A stretch of DNA of 64,000 bases from Bdellovibrionales bacterium (GTDB lineage Bacteria > Bdellovibrionota > Bdellovibrionia > Bdellovibrionales > UBA1609). Where the stretch lies: NCBI GenBank assembly GCA_965219095.1, contig CBDCMT010000001.1, positions 1,088,001 to 1,152,000 of the forward strand. Direction: 5' to 3'. Positions 52,589 through 63,883 of this stretch are shown here, one piece after another. The notes beneath the pieces were generated by a model. That model made no database searches and was not told the DNA's origin. It saw nothing but the letters and a program-made list of their open reading frames with translations. The position numbers and the translations under genes are program-made. Within the stretch, counting starts at the first letter, position 1; every line of letters begins with the position of its first letter.

Positions 52589-52795
52589 GATAGTTTCAAC
52601 CTCTTTTGTATTTTCAAGAATTTTATCAAGTTCATTTGCATAAACATGATTTCTTTTCTTCCTTTCATTATTTACGTATTCTTTAGCAAACGAATAGAAA
52701 GAATGTGAATCTCCATCAACATGGGCTTTTAAAATTTTTTTCATATAATCTTTATTTGCACTCATTATAATTTTCCTCTCTATTTTTGATTCCAA
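52589..52795 (-). pseudogene. N-terminal stub of a probable AAA ATPase (IetA-like), cut by IS630
   Basis: MSANKDYMKKILKAH..GD...F...A.EY...ER.K.NHVYANEL.KIL resembles the N-termini of ATPases paired with S8 proteases in defence islands (from recall). Confidence 0.4.
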
Positions 52796-55254
52796 ACTTT
52801 TTCTATTTTTTTCTTAATTTTATTTTCGTTTATTTCGATTAGTTTTTTACAAGAGTCAACATAATTTTTCTCTTTTTCAATTTCAGCGACAAATTCTTTT
52901 TGGACTAAAAGGGAGGGGATGGATAGCTCAAGAGATTTTACCATGGGAACAGTTAATTGTTTAATAGAACTGCCTGTATCTCCAATATAAGCCTTTTGAA
53001 TTGAATAATTTAAAAAATGAACATCTACTTTCTTATTTTTTGGTGTTACAGTAATTAGTCTTATAGCAGGATAAAATCTTTCCAATCGAACTTCGCTGTA
53101 CCCTATAGTTCCTCTTGCTGATATAGTTACGCTTTCTTCTTCAATTTTAGCTTCTTTTGCGTACCCATATAAAGCATTGTTTTCTGTGCCATTTGTATAT
53201 ATGGGTATTTTATACAACTTATCTTTAACCTTAGAGTAGTTTTTTGGAACATCTCCTCCTGCTGATACTTTAAAAAAACTTGCATCTCCCAACTTCACCA
53301 TAGGCCATTTGGGATCAATTTTAAAAGTAGGTTTCCAGTTTTCAACAACTTGTTTAGCTCCATCAATAATTTTTTGATAGCCGTCAATTTCAGCGACAAT
53401 TTCTTTTTGAACTGAGAGAGGAGGGAGGGGGATTTGGATTTTTTTAACTTTATCTATAGTAATAGAATCAAAAACCGATCCTCCACCTCCTTTTATTTCT
53501 TTCTCCATTGCTTTCAAAATTACAAATAAAAAAACTCTGCTAATTTTAATAGATCTAATGGCACAAAGCCCTCTTCCAATGCAAATTTTTTGTTTTGCTA
53601 TATTAACAGGTCCGACAGGGGCTCTAACCGACATTAGAATATCATTTTCATGAGCTATTTTTGTTGTCTTAGATGTCCAAAGTTTAGGTTTGCTAATATA
53701 TTTTTCTGTAAATTCAGCTTTTCCCTGATAAAAAGGTAAGCCTTGTCTTTCTTTGTTATAATACTTACTTTCTGGAGATTGCCCTGCAATAATCTCACAC
53801 ACATCCCCCAATTTCACCATAGACCATTTGGTAATAACTTTCTTTTTAGGTCGATAAAAATTACTGCTTAAACTATAACTTCCCTCTCCTATGATTTTTT
53901 TCTTCTTACACCAAAAAGAAACCTCACTCTTTTCTTTGTTCTCTTTAGACCAAGATTTTAAAACTCGAAAAGCTTCTGGCAAATCATTTTCATCAATCTT
54001 TCTTCGAGTAGCTCCAAGTTCAAAGCCATCATTTTGTACGTCCACAAATAAAATCTCATCGGACTTTTTAGCTCTTTTTCTATCTAAAAACAAAATAGAA
54101 GTTTTAACACCACTATAAGGCTCAAACACTTTAGCTGGAAGACTCACTACAGCCCAAAGGAAACTCCTTTCTACAAGCATTTTTCTTAAAGCCTTGTAAG
54201 CTTTGTCTGATTTAAAGATAATTCCCTCCGGCACAATAATACCTGCTCTTCCATCTAGCTTTAAATGCTCTGCTATGTAATCTACAAATAAAACTTCTGA
54301 GCGATTGGCTCGTACTGAAAACTTATTATGTGGCCTAATACCTCCTTTAGGCGTCATAAAGGGAGGGTTAGCTAATACGACATCAAAATCATTTCCCCAA
54401 CGATTATCACTTGTTAAGGTGTCGTATTCAAAAATTTTAGGCTCTTTAAACTTATGAAGGTACATATTAACTAATGCAAGCTTTACCATATCAGGAGATA
54501 TATCATAACCTTCAAAGTTTTTCTGTAACTGTTTTCGCTCACTCGGCTTTAGTTTTTTACCTTTGTATCTGCCATTACTCTGAATTTGAATAGATAAACC
54601 GTCGTTTTCACTTCTTTCAAAACTGTGTTCAGGTTTTTTTGGATCATAATTCCTAGAGTTATTTTTAACAATATGTTTATAAGATGAAATTAAAAATCCT
54701 CCTGTTCCACAGGCTGGATCAAGAATCGATTCATTTTTCTTAGGATCTAAAACCTCCACAATAAAGTCGATAATATGTCTTGGCGTCCTAAACTGCCCTG
54801 CATCTCCTTGGCTTCCTAAAATAGAAAGTAAATACTCAAAAGCATTGCCTAAATTTTCACTGTCATCATAGCTAAACCAGTCAATTTCTTTTAGGAATAA
54901 GCTTAAAGTTTCTGCATCTCTATAGGGGAGAAAAGCATTTTTAAAAACGTCTTTAAAAAGAGAGGGCAGTGTTTTATGTGTAGGGATTTGGTTAATAGCT
55001 TGAATGTAAAGATCAAGTCGTTCTTGGCCTGATAGCTTTTTTTCAATAATTTTAGGCCAACTGTATTTTTTAAACTCCCCTGTAAAATAGGAAGCGTTTC
55101 CTCCAAGCTCTCTAGACTCTTGATCCATGTCGTCCATAAATTTGTAAATTAAAGCTGTGGTAATTTGATCTACTTGAGCTTTGGGGTCGGGGACTTTACC
55201 TACAAGAATGTTTCTCGCAGAGTCTATTCTTTTTTTTGTTTCTTGATCTAACAT
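52780..55254 (-). CDS. Type I R-M methyltransferase-specificity fusion (HsdM-HsdS)
   Basis: GQFRTPRHI, DPACGTGGF and NPPF motifs, then two TRD modules (KW.MVKLGD...IPLPPL..QKEIV). Confidence 0.92.
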   Translation of the reverse strand: MLDQETKKRIDSARNILVGKVPDPKAQVDQITTALIYKFMDDMDQESRELGGNASYFTGEFKKYSWPKIIEKKLSGQERLDLYIQAINQIPTHKTLPSLFKDVFKNAFLPYRDAETLSLFLKEIDWFSYDDSENLGNAFEYLLSILGSQGDAGQFRTPRHIIDFIVEVLDPKKNESILDPACGTGGFLISSYKHIVKNNSRNYDPKKPEHSFERSENDGLSIQIQSNGRYKGKKLKPSERKQLQKNFEGYDISPDMVKLALVNMYLHKFKEPKIFEYDTLTSDNRWGNDFDVVLANPPFMTPKGGIRPHNKFSVRANRSEVLFVDYIAEHLKLDGRAGIIVPEGIIFKSDKAYKALRKMLVERSFLWAVVSLPAKVFEPYSGVKTSILFLDRKRAKKSDEILFVDVQNDGFELGATRRKIDENDLPEAFRVLKSWSKENKEKSEVSFWCKKKKIIGEGSYSLSSNFYRPKKKVITKWSMVKLGDVCEIIAGQSPESKYYNKERQGLPFYQGKAEFTEKYISKPKLWTSKTTKIAHENDILMSVRAPVGPVNIAKQKICIGRGLCAIRSIKISRVFLFVILKAMEKEIKGGGGSVFDSITIDKVKKIQIPLPPLSVQKEIVAEIDGYQKIIDGAKQVVENWKPTFKIDPKWPMVKLGDASFFKVSAGGDVPKNYSKVKDKLYKIPIYTNGTENNALYGYAKEAKIEEESVTISARGTIGYSEVRLERFYPAIRLITVTPKNKKVDVHFLNYSIQKAYIGDTGSSIKQLTVPMVKSLELSIPSLLVQKEFVAEIEKEKNYVDSCKKLIEINENKIKKKIEKVWNQK

Positions 55255-55263
55255 AATTAAAAT

Positions 55264-56539
55264 TTAATCCATATAAGTATTTAATGTCACATAGTTTTTT
55301 ACATACTCTGGGACTTTGGTCTGCCACTTAGTGTTGCCATTTAATGCCTTGAAATCCGTCATGCTAAAACCTGTGTAGCTATGGAGATCCCCATATTTCT
55401 TACTATCAATGATTTCCCTAAATTCACTATCTACAATATAAGCACTCAAATAATTCTTAATAGGGAGAACGTGCTGATTTTCTGGTTTATAAATAGAAAC
55501 AAATTTCTCACACTCATTTTCTAAAAGCTCTTCTTTAGTTGGAAAACGATCAATAAAGCCAAAAGTTCGCTCTAAAACCTCTTTCCATGAAAGCCTTCTA
55601 TCTAGATTTTCAGATCTTCTTATCTTCTCTAAATTCAAATAAAGCTCTGGTTTATCCTCGTATTTATATCTTACAATATTTTCTGCCACTTGCCAATTCT
55701 CCTCTTCAACAGCCTTTTTGATTCGATTATCATTATAAAAAACCTCTTTAGCCTTATCCCATAATTCTCTATCAACTTTCATGCCAGCCTCACCTACCTG
55801 TATTTCAGAGATAGTGCTTATTTTGTCCGGAACATGGATTTCAATCTCATCTATAGTTATGGGAGGACTTTCTTCTCCACTCCCGGCTTCTACAGTTAAT
55901 TGAGGTAGCTTTAAAGCTTCATCATAATTAAATTTTTCTTCAAAATACTCACAATTGGCAAAAAAATCAAAGAGTTTAAATTTTTCCTTTTCTATCTGAT
56001 GTTTTTTTTTGTTCTTGTCCTCATATTTAAATACAAACTTTCTCGTTCCTCGTCCTTTCATTTGCACAAAGTTAGTTGGAGAAAAAATTAGTCTCATTAA
56101 GCAGAGGTTTAAAATATCTTGGCAATCATAACCTGTTGTCATCATGCCTACTGTGACACAGACTCTTGTTTTACTGGTTTTATAGCCCTCAAAAAATTCT
56201 GTATAACCACGAAGTTTGTTGTTGATAAAAAGAATAGTGTTTTGTTGAGAGTTTTCTGTATCAGAAGTGACTTGTCTAGCAAAATCTGAGTTGTATTTAT
56301 CAGGCCACATCTTTTGAGCCATTTGATTTAAGATATGAGTGATTTTAGAAGCATGTTTTTGACTTACACAAAAAATGATAGATTTGCCAATTTCACCACT
56401 TATAGGATCTTTCAAGGCCTTTTCAAGGAAACTTTTACAAAAGACAATATTCGTTTTCTCAGAAAAGAACTTTTTTTCAAAATTCTTATTAAAAAAGACT
56501 TGTTCTTCTTCACCCTCAGTATTTTCTATTTTAATGCTA
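55264..56539 (-). pseudogene. hsdR: Type I restriction subunit HsdR, C-terminal part only
   Basis: GKSIIFC, TVGMMTTGYD and QMKGRGTR helicase motifs; the frame is open up to the MITE at 56540; nuclease and Walker A/B parts absent. Confidence 0.85.
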
Positions 56540-56609
56540 TAGTGCTTCCATTTAGATTTTCAGTTTTTTTCTCTAGAGAACCGACCGGAAAATCTAAGCG
56601 TATTCACTA
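56540..56609. mobile_element. 70-bp IS630-C-related MITE
   Basis: TAGTGCTTCC...ATTCACTA with TA on both flanks. Confidence 0.8.
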
Positions 56610-56831
56610 TATAGCTGACTTTTTCATGGAGAAGAGAGTGGAACTACGCAATCCAAGTTTAAACATAAATATCTAAGTTATTTTTGCACAGATCCTAATG
56701 AAATATTTCAGGGTCACTGTGGTGCTTAAACTGGTGACTTTCTTTTTAATTTAAAGGAAAAAATTGAAGGAAAATGTATGACAATTTTTGTCACTTTTTT
56801 CTGTCATAACCATGAAACATCTTACATTATA

Positions 56832-56901
56832 TAGTGCTTCCGCTTAAGTTTTCAGGTTTTTTTTCTATAGAATCGACCGGAAAATCTAAGCGTATTCACT
56901 A
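56832..56901. mobile_element. 70-bp IS630-C-related MITE, second copy
   Basis: Same termini and length as 56540-56609. Confidence 0.8.
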
Positions 56902-58898
56902 TATTACAGTAGATTATACCATTTCCAAAAATTAATTCGACATTTTTTTAACTCATTGCGTCCTGGCTTTTTGATAAAACTCTGTTAAATTTTTAGAGTG
57001 TCGAAAAAAGATTTAGTTACACAGATTCAAGGGTATAATTTTCTAGCTACTTACAAAGTAGAAAGAAGTGCCAACATCAAGACAAAATTATTGGCTTTGC
57101 AGCATATGCAAGAAGGAAAATCGATTCAAGAAACAGCAGGTATGGTTTTGTATCACCGTCACAGTATCAAATCCTGGTTACAGTCTTTTTTTGTAGACTT
57201 TGATTACGAGGGATTGATAGATCGAGAAGGCAGAGGACGCAAGCCTCGTTTGCCAGTAACAGAAGAAGAGAGGTTCAAAATCAAGTTAGATGAAATTCAA
57301 GACAAAAGAGAGGGAGGAAGCATAGGAGCAAAGGGAATACAGAAACTTTTAGCAGATGAATTTAACTGTTGCTATTCTCTTTCTGGGGTTTATGTTTCTT
57401 TAGACCGCCTTAATATTGTATGGATCAGTGGTCGTTCTCTTCATCCTAAAAGTTCATTAAGAAGCTATGGAACAGTTTAAGGAACATTTTCCAGAAGAGG
57501 TGGAGAAAATAAAAGAAAAGATTCAGACTCATAAAATAGAGATTTGGTGGCAGGATGAATGCAGAATAAGCTCAGCAAGGTTCTTTGAGCAGGATTTGGG
57601 CAAGAAAAGGCACACGGCCTAGAGTTGTGAGGCAAAGACAATTTGCCTCCTCAAAAGAATCTGTGGATTCCCGGAGGTTCTGGCAGTTTTCCAAGGTTAT
57701 GATATAAGGCGATTTTTATAGCTTTAGAGGTTCTAAAGCCGTAAGATTTTCTCATAGTGAGTTTTACTTTGTTGTTTAAACCCTCTACAATCCCTGAGGA
57801 GAAGGCTTTTTTAGCCTTGAAGTAATTAAGAATAAGTAGCTTATGTCTTCGTATGGTTTTTGCTTCTCTTTTCATAGGTTCAATTTTTGAAAGCATGACT
57901 CGTCTCGTCCAACTGTCTATAAATTTACCAGCCCAAGTTGGTGAAACATAGGTCCATAACTGTCGGAAGTCTTCTTTTAAAAGATAACAGCGGATACTTT
58001 TTAAATTGTACTGTATTAAATGCCTTAATTTTACTTTTTCATAAGATTTTAAATTTTCTGCATTTTTTAACAAGGGCCATCTAGCTTTTGTTAAAAGGGG
58101 TTCATACCCATCTTCTTTCATTTTTTTGTGTTCTGAAGCTCTCACTTCGTCTAAAGCCTTATTGAGTCTTGCTACGATATGAAACCGATCTAATATATTC
58201 AAAGCTTGACTTGCCCTCTCCTTTATGACTTTTAAATAAGGCTTCCACATGTCAGAGCACACAAACCGTATCTCTTTTGACTTCTCTCCTAGTAAATCAA
58301 AGAATTTTCTAAAACTCTTTTCTGTTCTTTTTTCTCCTATCCATAGCAAACAAACACTTTCTTTGCTTATTTCATAGACTAAGGTGAGATACTGATGGTT
58401 CTTTTTCCATTGTATCTCGTCGACTCCTATAGCATATATCCCCTTTAAAACCCTTTGTTTTAAACCATATTCTACGACCCATTCTACCGAAGCATAGACC
58501 TGATTCCAACTGACCTGAAACTTACAAGAAACCTCTTTCCAAGACAGGTGACGACACCAGTCTGCTAAGTACTTCATGTAAAAGATCGTTAAACTCTTCT
58601 TACCATCGGCCCAAGGTAAATACTCAACTTTTACCCCACAGCAAGGACAATTAACTCTTCTTACAAAATAAACAAAAAACACCCTGTAACTTAAAATAGG
58701 AAGGGATTCAAAGTCCCGTGATGATTTACTGCTGTCATACACTGAACAGGGCTTCTTACAAACACTACAAAAAGCTTGGCCATTTTTACGAGCCTTAATA
58801 GGAACATTAATTGACTTTCTATCTTTTGAAAAATAAATGTCTCCGTATACAAAAGACTTCCATCTTAAACAATCATTTAGTATAGTCTTCAAAAGCAT

Positions 58899-60749
58899 CC
58901 TGAGTTCGCCCTCAAGAAAGGATTAAATTTATAACTATTTGATTTCATTGGTATTTTTTTGCTTGACAACATAGTATGTCTTTAGTATGTTCATATTTAT
59001 AGGGGGGGGATTATGTACATAACAAGTCCTAAACGCAAAAACGGTAGCACAGTGGTTCGTCTTGTGGAATCTTTTTGGAAAGAAGGCAAAGTAAAGAATC
59101 GCATTATCAAAACCATAGGACAATCTAAAGATTCCAAGATCGTAGAGAAATACAAACAAGAAGCTAAAAAGCTTCTTGAACAACATAAAAAGGGTCTTCT
59201 TTCACTTTCAAGCCTTTCAGAAAAGATTCCTATTGATCTCCTACGTTTCCAAGGTGAGAGAAGACATAACCATGGTTTTGAGGACATTTTCGGAACAGCA
59301 TGGGAGGATTTAGGTTTTAAAGATTTAATAGAAACTGGAAGAAAAAAAGAGGCTATAAACCAAGTACTCCGTGAGGTGGTTTTTATGAGAGTTTTCTCTC
59401 CTTCAAGCAAGCTAAGAAGCTGTTCTCTAATAGAGAAGTTCTTTAGTAAACAAATATCTCATAAACAGGTCTTGACTATGATGGATAGAGTTTTTAAAGA
59501 GGAGGATGTTTTGAGGCAAAAGGTTTTCGAATCTCTAGCATCCAAAGGTTCGGACTTTAATGTTTTACTGTTTGATGTAACAACCCTATATTTTGAATCT
59601 ACCATGCAGGGAGAATTAAGGGACTTTGGTTATAGCAAGGACGGAAAGTTTAATGAAACTCAAGTGGTTTTGGCTGTGCTAGCCAATACAGAGGGTTTGC
59701 CTTTAGCTTACGAGGTGTTTCCTGGTTGCACATCAGAGACCAAGACTTTGCAATTTGTTTTAAACCAAGCTGTAAAGAAGTATAAGGTAAAACGAATTCG
59801 TGTGGTGGCTGATAGAGCTATGTTTTCAGATAGCAATTTTAAGTTTTTTGAAAGTTTAAATAAGAAAGGAATTGAGGCTGAGTATGTGGTATCCTGCCCT
59901 TTAAAGAAACTACCTAAAGAGAAAAAAGAAAAAATTTTTGAATTTAAAGAACTTAAAAAAGAGAGCCAAAATTCTGAAGTTTATGAGTTTTCCTACAAGA
60001 ATCGCAAGGTATTTGTTTCTTACAGTGAAAAGCGGAGATTACAGGATGAAAAAAAACGACAAAGATTGTTAGAAAAACTCAAAAAAATTTGTAAAGACGG
60101 TAAAATTTCAGCCACTAAGTTAGTAAGTAATCGTGGGGTTCGAAAATACCTTAAAACTCTAAAAGGAAGTGTTCAGATAGATGCAGATAAAATCTTTCAG
60201 GACAGCCTTTGGGATGGCCTCTATGGAGTTTGCTCTAACATAGAATGTGAAACAAATAGGAAACCTTTAGAATTATACCGGTCACTTTGGAAAATTGAAG
60301 AACTGTTTCGTATTAACAAGCATACCTTGAAGATGCGTCCTATCTATCACAGACTCTCTGAAAGAATTAAATCTCATCTTTTTATTTGTTTTTTGGCTTA
60401 CACTGTCTTGAAGTATGTAGAACTCTCTTTAAAAAAAGCTACTCTTCATTACAGCCTTAATGAGCTTATTGATACTTTAAAAGAGGTTGAATCTTTTGTG
60501 ATTGGAGACAAAATGAAAAAACCTTCTGTCTCCTATTTTGTCCCCAGAGCTTTATCCAAAGAAGCCAAACAGATTTATGCTGTATTTAAAAAAGATTACA
60601 TAAAAAAACCTTTTCGCATAGAAAACTCTTCCTAAACTTAAAATAACCCATCTAAAACCTAGTATGTCTAAAATCTGGAGGCAATCCAGAAAAATCTAAT
60701 ATATTCAAATACTTATGAATTTTATCGTTTGTTAAAGGGCGAACTCAGG
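58899..60749 (+). mobile_element. IS1634-family element, intact (CDS 59013-60635)
   Basis: 14-bp perfect IRs CCTGAGTTCGCCCT; FDVTTLYFE, GYSKDG, VADRAM and Y..LWKIEELFR motifs. Confidence 0.94.
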
Positions 60750-61067
60750 AAAAATTGTTAGGTTTTTCTTCCCATCTGCCCAAGGTAAATACTCAACTTT
60801 TACTCCACAGCAAGAACAATTAACTCTTCTTACAAAATAAACAAAAAACACCCTGTAACTTAAAATAGGAAGGGATTCAAAGTCCCGTGATGATTTACTG
60901 CTGTCATACACTGAACAGGGCTTCTTACAAACACTACAAAAAGCTTGGCCATTTTTACGAGCCTTAATAGGAACATTAATTGACTTTCTATCTTTTGAAA
61001 AATAAATGTCTCCGTATACAAAAGACTTCCATCTTAAACAATCATTTAGTATAGTCTTCAAAAGCAT
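60750..61067 (-). repeat. 318-bp direct repeat of 58581-58898 (5' part of ISL3 transposase)
   Basis: The two copies abut the IS1634 termini exactly. Confidence 0.9.
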
Positions 61068-61349
61068 CTCTTCCCTCCTTTTTTTTTTTTTTGAATAACA
61101 TTTTAAGGCATCTGGGAAGTAGGTGCTTCTTTTTTAAAATTTTAATGTAATACAGCAAATAAAAGCAAATAAAATGAATGTTTTTGAGTTCAATCACCGG
61201 AGGTGATAGAGGCCAGTAAGGGCCTCAAAGAACTCAAAAATACAAGATAGGATGTCTTACTACTCTTACTTTGATTAATATGAGCCTTTTTGGGGGATTT
61301 CTAGCTACTTTTCACCCACAGATTTCCGGAAGGAGCCGACAATTTTTAT

Positions 61350-63025
61350 CCACGCTAAAAATGATCACTACTGGTTTTCATTTCTCTGAGAAGTTTTTTG
61401 TCAATAGCCTTTATGATATTTTCTTGAATTTTGCTTAGAGCAACTGTTCGAGACATTTGAATTTTTTTCTTTTTATCAGAAAAATAAACTTTGTACAGGT
61501 TCTCTAGCTCTTTTAATGCTTGAATTGGCGAAATATCCAAATTGTAGAGATGCAACTTTAATACGGAAAGCAGAAGATAAGATAAATAACAAATAAAAAC
61601 ATGAGCCACTACTCTGTTGCAAAGCCAGTGTCGCACAGGATTTAAATTTGTAACTCCTTTTAAAATTCTGAAAGCTCTTTCTACGACATCTTTATCAAAA
61701 TAAAATTTGACCATATCTTTACCAGAAATATTCTTTGTAGAAAATATACAGGAGTACCCATCAAATTCTTCTGCTTTTTTCAGTTCCCGATCCTTGATCT
61801 TTCCTGTGGGAGTTAGATATTTTTTCAGCCCCTCCTTAATGGACTTGTTTTGAGATAGACAGTTTTGAGCAGCAACTATCTCATCATATCTCGCCTCTCG
61901 AATTGTATCCTTTCTTTTATGGTTGTAGCAGATTGCCAGTTTTCCTTTAACTTGGCCAAATGTATAATTCATGCTTTTAACGTAAAAAGTATTCTTGTTC
62001 AAAATTACCCTATTTGAAACGTTTACTATAGAACCGGACTTTAAAAAATTTCGTACTGTCTTCTTTTCAACCTCTCTCATAGGAATTCCGCACAATGTAT
62101 TCCAACCCAATCCCCCTATGTGAGAAAGGTTTTTAGACGATGCTATGCCTCGATCATACACCAATAGGCCAGAACGAAGATTGTATTCTGAAAAACTACT
62201 AACAAGTGCCGTCAATGTCCTGCTATCGTGAATGTTACCCTTAAAGGTCTTGTGAAAAACAGGAATCCCTTCTTCTTGAGTTACAGCAAGACCTATCTGA
62301 ATCAGAGGACTCTTCCTTTTCCCATCTTTGCTGTACCCTGGGTTACCTAGTTGACATTTACTTCCATAAAAATAAGTGTTAGTAACATCATAGACAATTT
62401 TATTAGATGATAACTTGTATTCTTTTTTAACATTTTCAAAAATACGTTTCTGCAAAGATGGAGCCTTGGATTCGTTAAGCTGATCGAGAGCTGAAAAAAG
62501 CCTTCTTTCAGTCAGCCCATCTAAGTTTAAAATGCTGTTTAAATCTGTTCGTTCATACCATGATGGCATATTATTGACGCTTCTGTAATCCAAGCAATGA
62601 GCATAGACCATACTTAGTATTTCATCTGAATAATTGCCAAGAACTTCGGGAAGACCAACTTTTTTTGCAAGGGCATGAAGAACAATCAAGGGACCACTGA
62701 TCTTAACTTTATCGAATTGAATGTTCTCGGAAGATATAGAGATAACACGCTTATGATTCACTTCCTTTCCAAGATATCTCAAGTACTTCTGTACGACCTT
62801 GCCCTTGACCCGGACATTTTTCACCTCTGCTAAATAAGTGCTGCCTCCTCTTTTAATCTTCTTTATAAAACTCATAGTAGTTACCATTATGGTAACTACT
62901 TAAAAATAGAAGGGCAAGAGCTTTTCACAGAAAAAAAGGGCAATAAGCCCATTTTTACTGGAAAACTTCCATCTTATGGAACTTATCTTACTGTTAGAGC
63001 AATGTAGTGATCATTTTTAGCGTGG
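61350..63025 (-). mobile_element. Second IS1634-family element, intact (CDS 61355-62887)
   Basis: 22-bp perfect IRs CCACGCTAAAAATGATCACTAC; YDVTNTYF, GYSKDG, VYDRG and Y.DK..VERAFR motifs. Confidence 0.92.
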
Positions 63026-63336
63026 AATTTGGGTAAATTAATTAAATTAAATTGTGTAACTGATTTTTGTCATTTTAAATTTTAACCTCACTTTTTTACA
63101 CTTATTTTAACCCATCAATCAATTCACACAACAAATAGATATACCTGAAATAAACTTATCTTATGAAAACTTAAACTCACCTTAAAAGAAGTTTTTTTAA
63201 AACCTCCTAACTGAAACTTTTCCTTAAGTCAATTTTAAAATTTTAAATTTGAACATGAAAATGTCGAATTAATTTCTGTAATTGGTATAAACTTTCACAA
63301 AAATACAGGCTTAATCGAAAAAAAGGGGAAACACAC

Positions 63337-63466
63337 CCTTTGAGGCCTTAAAAACCAGGCCAGCTAAAGGGTTTAGAATTTGTCTCGAAAAGCTCACCTC
63401 CTTCTGCAAGTACTTTAGGGTCACTATCATGGCTTAAACCAGTGACCTGTCTTTTTGATTTACCGT
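63337..63466 (-). repeat. Second copy of the IS110 non-coding end
   Basis: 130 bp with 2 mismatches against 51166-51295; followed by an IS481 end remnant. Confidence 0.85.
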
Positions 63467-63628
63467 TATATGATCTGACAGTTACCCTTTTATATTATAC
63501 GAAGTAAATTCTGATATCTTGGAGATTTAGGTTTAATGAGAAGAAAGTGTAGATTGGATGATTTTTTGACTGGCCGCACTGTTTCTTGGTAAATGAACAT
63601 AGATGAAGTAAAAACTGTCTAATGGCTT

Positions 63629-63883
63629 TTAGAATGGTTTTTGAAGATGGCAACAAAAAGCTCTGCTATAGAATTTTTTAATGAATGATTCAGTCGAAAA
63701 AGTAAAACTTTCTTTCTGGTCTTTACTAGTTTGGATTTTTGTTGCTAGTTTATTTCGTTTAATTCCCCACCCCCCTAACTTTACTCCTCTTTTGTCTATA
63801 GCTTTATTAGGAGGAGTATATTTTGAAAAAAAGACTTTTAGTTTTTTGCTTACTTTTTTAGTTATTTTTTTAACGGATCTCAT
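63629..63883 (-). CDS. Hypothetical ORF, possibly a remnant
   Basis: ORF track only; no motif recognised. Confidence 0.25.
   Translation of the reverse strand: MRSVKKITKKVSKKLKVFFSKYTPPNKAIDKRGVKLGGWGIKRNKLATKIQTSKDQKESFTFSTESFIKKFYSRAFCCHLQKPF

Larger units (their letters stand above)
57645..61337 (-). mobile_element. ISL3 element (CDS 57651-58898) containing an IS1634
   Basis: IGVDE, SDMWKPY, DRFHIV and SSGIVEGLNNKVK motifs; imperfect IRs GCCTCCTC..AATCTGTGG / GGCTCCTT..AATCTGTGG; 8-bp TSD GACAATTT. Confidence 0.93.
56917..63287 (+). mobile_element. IS630-A copy disrupted by nested ISL3/IS1634 elements
   Basis: Left end and frameshifted transposase up to 57644; right end about 63040-63287 matching 5017-5260. 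Confidence 0.8.

Noticed and set aside
22637..56676. ORFs 22637-22849, 27527-27754, 32756-32977, 33216-33455, 49289-49498, 51062-51259 and 56335-56676 as independent genes
   Set aside because: They read across IS junctions or remnants and are chimeric artefacts.
2666..59410. Short ORFs opposite or overlapping real genes (e.g. 2666, 5671, 6989, 8713, 11494, 12604, 13052, 15087, 18721, 20397, 30531, 31847, 33658, 33864, 38119, 42249, 43042, 44284, 47196, 50329, 53891, 54903, 58935, 58997)
   Set aside because: Shadow frames of well-supported genes, with no motifs.
61194..61226. Twin hairpins ATCACC/GGTGAT and GAGGCC/GGCCTC as an ncRNA
   Set aside because: Only 5-6-bp stems inside the ISL3 left end, single copy; insufficient support.
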